64,000 nucleotides of DNA from the human T2T-CHM13v2.0 reference genome, Homo sapiens: the NCBI RefSeq assembly GCF_009914755.1, contig NC_060939.1. The stretch is one strand, 5' to 3'. This document shows positions 1 to 11,900 of this stretch, one piece after another; within the stretch, counting starts at the first letter, position 1; each line of letters opens with the position of its first letter. The position numbers and the translations under genes are program-made. Below the pieces are notes generated by a model. That model ran no database searches and had not been told where the DNA came from. It saw nothing but the letters and a program-made list of their open reading frames with translations.

Positions 1-771
1 TGATTCCATAACATTTGAGTCCATTCAATTCCATTCCTTTCGTTTCCATTCCATTTGATGCCATTCCATTCAATTCTGTTCTACTCGACTCCAATACATT
101 CAATTCCATTCCATCCGATTCCATTACATTCTTTTCATTTCTTATCCATTTCAAGCCATTCCACTCCATTCCATTCCACTCGTTTCCTTTCCATTCGAGT
201 CCATTCCTCTCCAGTCCATTCCGTTCAATCCATTCCATTCCAGTCCATTCCATTCGAGTCCGTTCCATTCCAGTCCATTCCATTCGAGTCAATTCCATTC
301 CATTCGATGTCTTTCCATAACGAACCATTCCATTCTATTCCTTTCGATTCCATTCCATTCTATTTCATTCCATTCGATTCCCTTCCATTGGACTCCTTTC
401 CATTCGAGTGCATTCCATTCCTTTCCATTTCTTTCCGTTCTGTACGATTCCTACCGTTCGATTTCATTTTGTTCCAGTCCATTCCTTTCGCGTCCATTCC
501 ATTCCATTTCACTCCATTCGATTCCATTCCACTCGATTCCACTTCGTTCCATTTCATTGCATTCCATTCTATTCAACTCTATTGCCTTCCATTCCATTCC
601 ATTCGATTACATTCCATGCGATTCCATTCGAAATCGAATCAATTACATTGCAATCCATTACTATTGAGTCCGTTTTATTCCAGTCCACTGCATTCTGGTC
701 CATTCCATTTGATTCCATTCCATTCTATTCCATTCCATACAGTTGCATTCCATTGGATTCCATGCTATATC

Positions 772-778
772 TATAAAT
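772..778 (+). promoter_or_regulatory. TATA-box-like TATAAAT, once per monomer (function unsupported)
   Basis: Motif match only (CTATATCTATAAATTC). It is extended to TATATATAAA in U9, U11 and U14. Confidence 0.12.
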
Positions 779-1375
779 TCAATTCGAGACCATTGCTTTT
801 GAGTCCATTCTATATGATTCCATTCCATTCAAGTCCATTACATTTGGTTCAATTCCATTCCATTCCATTCCCTTCCATTCCATTCCATTTGATATCAATC
901 CATTCGATTCCATTCCATTCGAGCACATTCCATTCCACTCCATTCCATTCGATGCCATTCCATTTGATTCTATTCCATTAGTCTCCATTCAATTCCATTA
1001 ATCTCCATTCCATTCCATTCTACTCCAACTGATTCCATTCCATTCTATTCCTTTCCATTCCATTTCATTCCATTCCATTCCATTTCATTCCATTCCATTC
1101 CATTCGTGTCCATTCCACTCCAGTCCATTCCATTCGTGTCCATTCCATTCCAGTCCATTCCATTTTTGTCCACTGCATTCCATTCCACTCCATTCCATAT
1201 TATTCCATTACACTCCATTCCATTCTATTACTTTCATTTCCATTCAATTCCATTCCATTTGATTCCATTCCACTCGGTTTCATTCCATTTGAGTCCACTC
1301 CATTCCATTCCATTCCATTCAGTTCCATTCCATTCTGTTCCATTCCATTCCGTTCCATTACATTCCATTCCATTC

Positions 1376-1381
1376 GGTACC
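1376..1381. other. KpnI site GGTACC, one per monomer (diagnostic restriction landmark)
   Basis: Seen at 1376, 3180, 33604, 34264 and at the homologous position of every monomer I inspected. Confidence 0.9.
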
Positions 1382-4300
1382 ATTCCATATTGTTCCATTC
1401 GATTCCATTCGAATCCATTCCATTCCAGTCCATTCCATTCGATTCCATTCCATTCATTTCAATTCCATTCCATTCCATTCCATTCCATTCCACTTGATTC
1501 CTCTCCATTCCCTTCCACTGCATTCCGTTCGATTCCATTCCATTGCATTGCATTCCATTCCATTGGATTGCATTCCATTCGATTCCATTCCATTCGAATC
1601 AATTACATAGCAATCAATTACATTCGAGTCTATTCTCTTCCGTTCCATTCGATTTCGTTCCAATCCATTCGATTCCATTCCATTCGATTCCATTCCATAC
1701 TATTGCATTCCATTTGATTACATTATATTCGAATAAGTTCCATTCAAGACCATTTCTTTTGAGTCCATTCTATTTGAGTCCATTCCCTTTGATTCCATAA
1801 CATTTGAGTCCATTCAATTCCATTCCTTTCGTTTCCATTCCATTTGATGCCATTCCATTCAATTCTGTTCTACTCGACTCCAATACATTCAATTCCATTC
1901 CATCCGATTCCATTACATTCTTTTCATTTCTTATCCATTTCAAGCCATTCCACTCCATTCCATTCCACTCGTTTCCTTTCCATTCGAGTCCATTCCTCTC
2001 CAGTCCATTCCGTTCAATCCATTCCATTCCAGTCCATTCCATTCGAGTCCGTTCCATTCCAGTCCATTCCATTCGAGTCAATTCCATTCCATTCGATGTC
2101 TTTCCATAACGATCCATTCCATTCTATTCCTTTCGATTCCATTCCATTCTATTTCATTCCATTCGATTCCCTTCCATTGGACTCCTTTCCATTCGAGTGC
2201 ATTCCATTCCGTTCCATTTCTTTCCGTTCTGTACGATTCCTACCGTTCGATTTCATTTTGTTCCAGTCCATTCCTTTCGCGTCCATTCCATTCCATTTCA
2301 CTACATTCGATTCCATTCCATTCGATTCCATTCTACTCGATTCCACTTCGTTCCATTTCATTGCATTCCATTCTATTCAACTCTATTGCCTTCCATTCCA
2401 TTTCATTCGATTACATTCCATGCGATTCCATTCGAAATCGAATCAATTACATTGCAATCCATTACTATTGAGTCCGTTTTATTCCAGTCCACTGCATTCT
2501 GGTCCATTCCATTTGATTCCATTCCATTCTATTCCATTCCATACAGTTGCATTCCATTGGATTCCATGCTATATCTATAAATTCAATTCGAGACCATTGC
2601 TTTTGAGTCCATTCTATATGATTCCATTCCATTCAAGTCCATTACATTTGGTTCAATTCCATTCCATTCCATTCCCTTCCATTCCATTCCATTTGATATC
2701 AATCCATTCGATTCCATTCCATTCGAGCACATTCCATTCGAGTCCATTCCATTCGATGCCATTCCATTTGATTCTATTCCATTAGTCTCCATTCAATTCC
2801 ATTAATCTCCATTCCATTCCATTCTACTCCAACTGATTCCATTCCATTCTATTCCTTTCCATTCCATTTCATTCCATTCCATTCCATTTCATTCCATTCC
2901 ATTCCATTCGTGTCCATTCCACTCCAGTCCATTCCATTCGTGTCCATTCCATTCCAGTCCATTCCATTTGTGTCCACTGCATTCCATTCCACTCCATTCC
3001 ATATTATTCCATTACACTCCATTCCATTCTATTACTTTCATTTCCATTCAATTCCATTCCATTTGATTCCATTCCACTCGGTTTCATTCCATTTGAGTCC
3101 ACTCCATTCCATTCCATTCCATTCAGTTCCATTCCATTCTGTTCCATTCCATTCCGTTCCATTACATTCCATTCCATTCGGTACCATTCCATATTGTTCC
3201 ATTCGATTCCATTCGAATCCATTCCATTCCAGTCCATTCCATTCGATTCCATTCCATTCATTTCAATTCCATTCCATTCCATTCCATTCCATTCCACTTG
3301 ATTCCTCTCCATTCCCTTCCACTGCATTCCGTTCGATTCCATTCCATTGCATTGCATTCCATTCCATCGGATTGCATTCCATTCGATTCCATTCCATTCG
3401 AATCAATTACATAGCAATCAATTACATTCGCGTCTATTCTCTTCCGTTCCATTCGATTTCGTTCCAATCCATTCGATTCCATTCCATTCGATTCCATTCC
3501 ATACTATTGCATTCCATTTGATTACATTATATTCGAATAAGTTCCATTCAAGACCATTTCTTTTGAGTCCATTCTATTTGAGTCCATTCCCTTTGATTCC
3601 ATAACATTTGAGTCCATTCAATTCCATTCCTTTCGTTTCCATTCCATTTGATGCCATTCCATTCAATTCTGTTCTACTCGACTCCAATACATTCAATTCC
3701 ATTCCATCCGATTCCATTACATTCTTTTCATTTCTTATCCATTTCAAGCCATTCCACTCCATTCCATTCCACTCGTTTCCTTTCCATTCGAGTCCATTCC
3801 TCTCCAGTCCATTCCGTTCAATCCATTCCATTCCAGTCCATTCCATTCGAGTCCGTTCCATTCCAGTCCATTCCATTCGAGTCAATTCCATTCCATTCGA
3901 TGTCTTTCCATAACGAACCATTCCATTCTATTCCTTTCGATTCCATTCCATTCTATTTCATTCCATTCGATTCCCTTCCATTGGACTCCTTTCCATTCGA
4001 GTGCATTCCATTCCTTTCCATTTCTTTCCGTTCTGTACGATTCCTACCGTTCGATTTCATTTTGTTCCAGTCCATTCCTTTCGCGTCCATTCCATTCCAT
4101 TTCACTCCATTCGATTCCATTCCACTCGATTCCACTTCGTTCCATTTCATTGCATTCCATTCTATTCAACTCTATTGCCTTCCATTCCATTCCATTCGAT
4201 TACATTCCATGCGATTCCATTCGAAATCGAATCAATTACATTGCAATCCATTACTATTGAGTCCGTTTTATTCCAGTCCACTGCATTCTGGTCCATTCCA

Positions 4301-7300
4301 TTTGATTCCATTCCATTCTATTCCATTCCATACAGTTGCATTCCATTGGATTCCATGCTATATCTATAAATTCAATTCGAGACCATTGCTTTTGAGTCCA
4401 TTCTATATGATTCCATTCCATTCAAGTCCATTACATTTGGTTCAATTCCATTCCATTCCATTCCCTTCCATTCCATTCCATTTGATATCAATCCATTCGA
4501 TTCCATTCCATTCGAGCACATTCCATTCCACTCCATTCCATTCGATGCCATTCCATTTGATTCTATTCCATTAGTCTCCATTCAATTCCATTAATCTCCA
4601 TTCCATTCCATTCTACTCCAACTGATTCCATTCCATTCTATTCCTTTCCATTCCATTTCATTCCATTCCATTCCATTTCATTCCATTCCATTCCATTCGT
4701 GTCCATTCCACTCCAGTCCATTCCATTCGTGTCCATTCCATTCCAGTCCATTCCATTTTTGTCCACTGCATTCCATTCCACTCCATTCCATATTATTCCA
4801 TTACACTCCATTCCATTCTATTACTTTCATTTCCATTCAATTCCATTCCATTTGATTCCATTCCACTCGGTTTCATTCCATTTGAGTCCACTCCATTCCA
4901 TTCCATTCCATTCAGTTCCATTCCATTCTGTTCCATTCCATTCCGTTCCATTACATTCCATTCCATTCGGTACCATTCCATATTGTTCCATTCGATTCCA
5001 TTCGAATCCATTCCATTCCAGTCCATTCCATTCGATTCCATTCCATTCATTTCAATTCCATTCCATTCCATTCCATTCCATTCCACTTGATTCCTCTCCA
5101 TTCCCTTCCACTGCATTCCGTTCGATTCCATTCCATTGCATTGCATTCCATTCCATTGGATTGCATTCCATTCGATTCCATTCCATTCGAATCAATTACA
5201 TAGCAATCAATTACATTCGAGTCTATTCTCTTCCGTTCCATTCGATTTCGTTCCAATCCATTCGATTCCATTCCATTCGATTCCATTCCATACTATTGCA
5301 TTCCATTTGATTACATTATATTCGAATAAGTTCCATTCAAGACCATTTCTTTTGAGTCCATTCTATTTGAGTCCATTCCCTTTGATTCCATAACATTTGA
5401 GTCCATTCAATTCCATTCCTTTCGTTTCCATTCCATTTGATGCCATTCCATTCAATTCTGTTCTACTCGACTCCAATACATTCAATTCCATTCCATCCGA
5501 TTCCATTACATTCTTTTCATTTCTTATCCATTTCAAGCCATTCCACTCCATTCCATTCCACTCGTTTCCTTTCCATTCGAGTCCATTCCTCTCCAGTCCA
5601 TTCCGTTCAATCCATTCCATTCCAGTCCATTCCATTCGAGTCCGTTCCATTCCAGTCCATTCCATTCGAGTCAATTCCATTCCATTCGATGTCTTTCCAT
5701 AACGATCCATTCCATTCTATTCCTTTCGATTCCATTCCATTCTATTTCATTCCATTCGATTCCCTTCCATTGGACTCCTTTCCATTCGAGTGCATTCCAT
5801 TCCGTTCCATTTCTTTCCGTTCTGTACGATTCCTACCGTTCGATTTCATTTTGTTCCAGTCCATTCCTTTCGCGTCCATTCCATTCCATTTCACTACATT
5901 CGATTCCATTCCATTCGATTCCATTCTACTCGATTCCACTTCGTTCCATTTCATTGCATTCCATTCTATTCAACTCTATTGCCTTCCATTCCATTCCATT
6001 CGATTACATTCCATGCGATTCCATTCGAAATCGAATCAATTACATTGAAATTCATTACTATTGAGTCCGTTTTATTCCAGTCCACTGCATTCTGTTCCAT
6101 TCCATTTGATTCCATTCCATTCTATTCCATTCCATACAGTTGCATTCCATTGGATTCCATGCTATATCTATAAATTCAATTCGAGACCATTGCTTTTGAG
6201 TCCATTCTATATGATTCCATTCCATTCAAGTCCATTACATTTGGTTCAATTCCATTCCATTCCATTCCCTTCCATTCCATTCCATTTGATATCAATCCAT
6301 TCGATTCCATTCCATTCGAGCACATTCCATTCGAGTCCATTCCATTCGATGCCATTCCATTTGATTCTATTCCATTAGTCTCCATTCAATTCCATTAATC
6401 TCCTTTCCATTCCATTCTACTCCAACTGATTCCATTCCATTCTATTCCTTTCCATTCCATTTCATTCCATTCCATTCCATTTCATTCCATTCCATTCCAT
6501 TCGTGTCCATTCCACTCCAGTCCATTCCATTCGTGTCCATTCCATTCCAGTCCATTCCATTTGTGTCCACTGCATTCCATTCCACTCCATTCCATATTAT
6601 TCCATTACACTCCATTCCATTCTATTACTTTCATTTCCATTCAATTCCATTCCATTTGATTCCATTCCACTCGGTTTCATTCCATTTGAGTCCACTCCAT
6701 TCCATTCCATTCCATTCAGTTCCATTCCATTCTGTTCCATTCCATTCCGTTCCATTACATTCCATTCCATTCGGTACCATTCCATATTGTTCCATTCGAT
6801 TCCATTCGAATCCATTCCATTCCAGTCCATTCCATTCGATTCCATTCCATTCATTTCAATTCCATTCCATTCCATTCCATTACATTCCACTTGATTCCTC
6901 TCCATTCCCTTCCACTGCATTCCGTTCGATTCCATTCCATTGCATTGTATTCCATTCCATTGGATTGCATTCCATTCGATTCCATTCCATTCGAATCAAT
7001 TACATAGCAATCCATTACATTCGAGTCTATTCTATTCCGTTCCATTCGATTTCGTTCCAATCCATTCGATTCCATTCCATTCGATTCCATTCCATACTAT
7101 TGCATTCCATTCGATTACATTATATTCGAATAAGTTCCATTCAAGACCATTTCTTTTGAGTCCATTCGATTTGAGTCCATTCCCTTTGATTCCATAACAT
7201 TTGAGTCCATTCAATTCCATTCCTTTCGTTTCCATTCCATTTGATGCCATTCCATTCAATTCTGTTCTACTCGACTCCAATACATTCAATTCCATTCCAT

Positions 7301-8964
7301 CCGATTCCATTATATTCTTTTCATTTCTTATCCATTTCAAGCCATTCCACTCCATTCCATTCCACTCGTTTCCTTTCCATTCGAGTCCATTCCTCTCCAG
7401 TCCATTCCGTTCAATCCATTCCATTCCAGTCCATTCCATTCGAGTCCGTTCCATTCCAGTCCATTCCATTCGAGTCAATTCCATTCCATTCGATGTCTTT
7501 CCATAACGATCCATTCCATTCTATTCCTTTCGATTCCATTCCATTCTATTTCATTCCATTCGATTCCCTTCCATTGGACTCCTTTCCATTCGAGTGCATT
7601 CCATTCCTTTCCATTTCTTTCCGTGCTGTACGATTCCTACCGTTCGATTTCATTTTGTTCCAGTCCATTCCTTTCGCGTCCATTCCATTCCATTTCACTC
7701 CATTCGATTCCATTCCACTCGATTCCACTTCGTTCCATTTCATTGCATTCCATTCTATTCAACTCTATTGCCTTCCATTCCATTCCATTCGATTACATTC
7801 CATGCGATTCCATTCGAAATCGAATCAATTACATTGCAATCCATTACTATTGAGTCCGTTTTATTCCAGTCCACTGCATTCTGGTCCATTCCATTTGATT
7901 CCATTCCATTCTATTCCATTCCATACAGTTGCATTCCATTGGATTCCATGCTATATCTATAAATTCAATTCGAGACCATTGCTTTTGAGTCCATTCTATA
8001 TGATTCCATTCCATTCAAGTCCATTACATTTGGTTCAATTCCATTCCATTCCATTCCCTTCCATTCCATTCCAGTTGATATCAATCCTTTCGATTCCATT
8101 CCATTCGAGCACATTCCATTCGAGTCCATTCCATTCGATGCCATTCCATTTGATTCTATTCCAATAGTCTCCATTCAATTCCATTAATCTCCATTCCATT
8201 CCATTCTACTCCAACTGATTCCATTCCATTCTATTCCTTTCCATTCCATTTCATTCCATTCCATTCCATTTCATTCCATTCCATTCCATTCGTGTCCATT
8301 CCACTCCAGTCCATTCCACTTGTGTCCATTCCATTCCAGTCCATTCCATTTGTGTCCACTGCATTCCATTCCACTCCATTCCATATTATTCCATTACACT
8401 CCATTCCATTCCATTACTTTCATTTCCATTCAATTCCATTCCATTTGATTCCATTCCACTCGGTTTCATTCCATTTGAGTCCACTCCATTCCATTCCATT
8501 CTGTTCCATTCCATTCCGTTCCATTACATTCCATTCCATTCGGTACCATTCCATATTGTTCCATTCGATTCCATTCGAATCCATTCCATTCCATTCCATT
8601 CCATTCGATTCCATTCCATTCATTTCAATTCCATTCCATTCCATTCCATTCCACTTGATTCCTCTCCATTCCCTTCCACTGCATTCCGTTCGATTCCATT
8701 CCATTGCATTGCATTCCATTCCATTGGATTGCATTCCATTCGATTCCATTCCATTCGAATCAATTACATAGCAATCAATTACATTCGAGTCTATTCTATT
8801 CCGTTCCATACGATTTCGTTCCAATCCATTCGATTCCATTCCATTCGATTCCATTCCATACTATTGCATTCCATTCGATTACATTATATTCGAATAAGTT
8901 CCATTCAAGACCATTTCTTTTGAGTCCATTCTATTTGAGTCCATTCCCTTTGATTCCATAACAT

Positions 8965-11900
8965 TTGAGTCCATTCAATTCCATTCCTTTCGTTTCCATT
9001 CCATTTGAGGCCATTCCATTCAATTCTGTTCTACTCGACTCCAATACATTCAATTCCATTCCATCCGATTCCATTACATTCTTTTCATTTCTTATCCATT
9101 TCAAGCCATTCCACTCCATTCCATTCCACTCGTTTCCTTTCCAGTCGAGTCCATTCCTCTCCAGTCCATTCCGTTCAATCCATTCCATTCCAGTCCATTC
9201 CATTCGTGTCCGTTCCATTCCAGTCCATTCCATTCGAGTCAATTCCATCCCATTCGATGTCTTTCCATAACGATCCATTCCATTCTATTCCTTTCGATTC
9301 CATTCCATTCTATTTCATTCCATTCGATTCCCTTCCATTGGACTCCTTTCCATTCGAGTGCATTCCATTCCGTTCCATTTCTTTCCGTTCTGTACGATTC
9401 CTACCGTTCGATTTCATTTTGTTCCAGTCCATTCCTTTCGCGTCCATTCCATTCCATTTCACTCCATTCGATTCCATTCCACTCGATTCCACTTCGTTCC
9501 ATTTCATTGCATTCCATTCTATTCAACTCTATTGCCTTCCATTCCATTCCATTCGATTACATTCCATGCGATTCCATTCGAAATCGAATCAATTACATTG
9601 CAATCCATTACAATTGCGTCCGTTTTATTCCTGTCCACTGCATTCTGGTCCATTCCATTTGATTCCATTCCATTCTATTCCATTCCATACAGTTGCATTC
9701 CATTGGATTCCATGCTATATCTATAAATTCAATTCGAGACCATTGCTTTTGAGTCCATTCTATATGATTCCATTCCATTCAAGTCCATTGCATTTGGTTC
9801 AATTCCATTCCATTCCATTCCCTTCCATTCCATTCCAGTTGATATCAATCCATTCGATTCCATTCCATTCGAGCACATTCCATTCGAGTCCATTCCATTC
9901 GATGCCATTCCATTTGATTCTATTCCATTAGTCTCCATTCAATTCCATTAATCTCCATTCCATTCCATTCTACTCCAACTGATTCCATTCCATTCTATTC
10001 CTTTCCATTCCATTTCATTCCATTCCATTCCATTTCATTCCATTCCATTCCATTCGCTTCCATTCCATTCGTGTCCATTCCACTCCAGTCCATTCCATTC
10101 GTGTCCATTCCATTCCAGTCCATTCCATTTGTGTCCACTGCATTCCATTCCACTCCATTCCATATTATTCCATTACACTCCCTTCCATTCTATTACTTTC
10201 ATTTCCATTCAATTCCATTCCATTTGATTCCATTCCACTCGGTTTCATTCCATTTGAGTCCACTCCATTCCATTCCATTCCATTCCATTCAGTTCCATTC
10301 CATTCTGTTCCATTCCATTCCGTTCCATTGCATTCCATTCCATTCGGTACCATTCCATATTGTTCCATTTGATTCCATTCGAATCCATTCCATTCCAGTC
10401 CATTCCATTCGATTCCATTCCATTCCTTTCAATTCCATTCCATTCCATTCCATTCCACTTGATTCCACTCCATTCCCTTCCACTGCATTCCATTCGATTC
10501 CATTCCATTGCATTGCATTCCATTCCATTGGACTGCATTCCATTCGATTCCATTCCATTCGAATCAATTACATAGCAATCCATTACATTCGAGTCTATTC
10601 TATTCCGTTCCATTCGATTTCGTTCCAATCCATTCGATTCCATTCCATTCGATTCCATTCAATACTATTGCATTCCATTCGATTACATTATATTCGAATA
10701 AGTTCCATTCAAGACCATTTCTTTTGAGTCCATTCGATTTGAGTCCATTCCCTTTGATTCCATAACATTTGAGTCCATTCAATTCCATTCCTTTCGTTTC
10801 CATTCCATTTGATGCCATTCCATTCAATTCTGTTCTACTCGACTCCAATACATTCAATTCCATTCCATCCGATTCCATTACATTCTTTTCATTTCTTATC
10901 CATTTCAAGTCATTCCACTCCATTCCATTCCACTCGTTTCCTTTCCATTCGAGTCCATTCCTCTCCAGTCCATTCCGTTCAATCCATTCCATTCCAGTCC
11001 ATTCCATTCCAGTCCGTTCCATTCCAGAGCATTCCATTCGAGTCAATTCCATTCCATTCGATGTCTTTCCATAACGATCCATTCCATTCTATTCCTTTCG
11101 ATTCCATTCCATTCTATTTCATTCCATTCGATTCCCTTCCATTGGACTCCTTTCCATTCGAGTGCATTCCATTCCGTTCCATTTCTTTCCGTTCTGTACG
11201 ATTCCTACCGTTCGATTTCATTTTGTTCCAGTCCATTCCTTTCGCCTCCATTCCATTCCATTTCACTCCATTCGATTCCATTCCACTCGATTCCACTTCG
11301 TTCCATTTCATTGCATTCCATTCTATTCAACTCTATTGCCTTCCATTCCATTCCATTCGATTACATTCCATGCGATTCCATTCGAAATCGAATCAATTAC
11401 ATTGCAATCCATTACAATTGAGTCCGTTTTATTCCAGTCCACTGCATTCTGGTCCATTCCATTTGATTCCATTCCATTCTATTCCATTCCATACAGTTGC
11501 ATTCCATTGGATTCCATGCTATATCTATAAATTCAATTCGAGACCATTGCTTTTGAGTCCATTCTATATGATTCCATTCCATTCAAGTCCATTACATTTG
11601 GTTCAATTCCATTCCATTCCATTCCCTTCCATTCCATTCCAGTTGATATCAATCCTTTCGATTCCATTCCATTCGAGCACATTCCATTCGAGTCCATTCC
11701 ATTCGATGCCATTCCATTTGATTCTATTCCATTAGTCTCCATTCAATTCCATTAATCTCCATTCCATTCCATTCTACTCCAACTGATTCCATTCCATTCT
11801 ATTCCTTTCCATTCCATTTCATTCCATTCCATTCCATTTCATTCCATTCCATTCCATTCGTGTCCATTCCACTCCAGTCCATTCCATTCGTGTCCATTCC

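Larger units (their letters stand above)
15..1803 (+). repeat. Representative 1789 bp monomer (U1)
   Basis: Homologous positions taken from the repeated ORF track start at 15, 1804, 3608, 5397, 7201, 8965, 10769, 12563, 14367, 16162, 17966, 19735, 21529, 23303, 25062, 26836, 28640, 30449, 32253, 34692, 36501, 38265, 40069, 41843, 43632, 45406, 47200, 48994, 50788, 52577, 54376, 56170, 57964, 59768, 61512 and 63321. Confidence 0.95.
15..7000 (+). repeat. Local 3593 bp dimeric higher-order repeat (U1U2 / U3U4)
   Basis: Lengths alternate 1789/1804/1789/1804. U1 and U3 share AACGAACC and CACATTCCATTCCACTCC. U2 and U4 share a 15 bp insertion with CTACATTCG...TCTACTCG. Confidence 0.88.

Noticed and set aside
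625-645. Heat-shock element at TTCGAAATCGAATC or TTCGAATAAGTTC
   Set aside because: Spacing does not fit the canonical inverted nGAAnnTTCn array. Only direct nGAAn repeats are present.
55-981. 308 aa plus-strand ORF repeated in nearly every monomer, and the other FHSIP-rich ORFs
   Set aside because: It is a translation of CATTC (15 bp gives IPFHS) on a strand naturally poor in stop codons. There is no domain, ORFs overlap in all frames, and it is broken by stops in U4 and U12 and frameshifted in U25.
1200-1693. Minus-strand MEWNG-repeat ORFs
   Set aside because: GGAAT repeats generate ATG every pentamer and MEWNG peptides automatically. There is no evidence of coding function.
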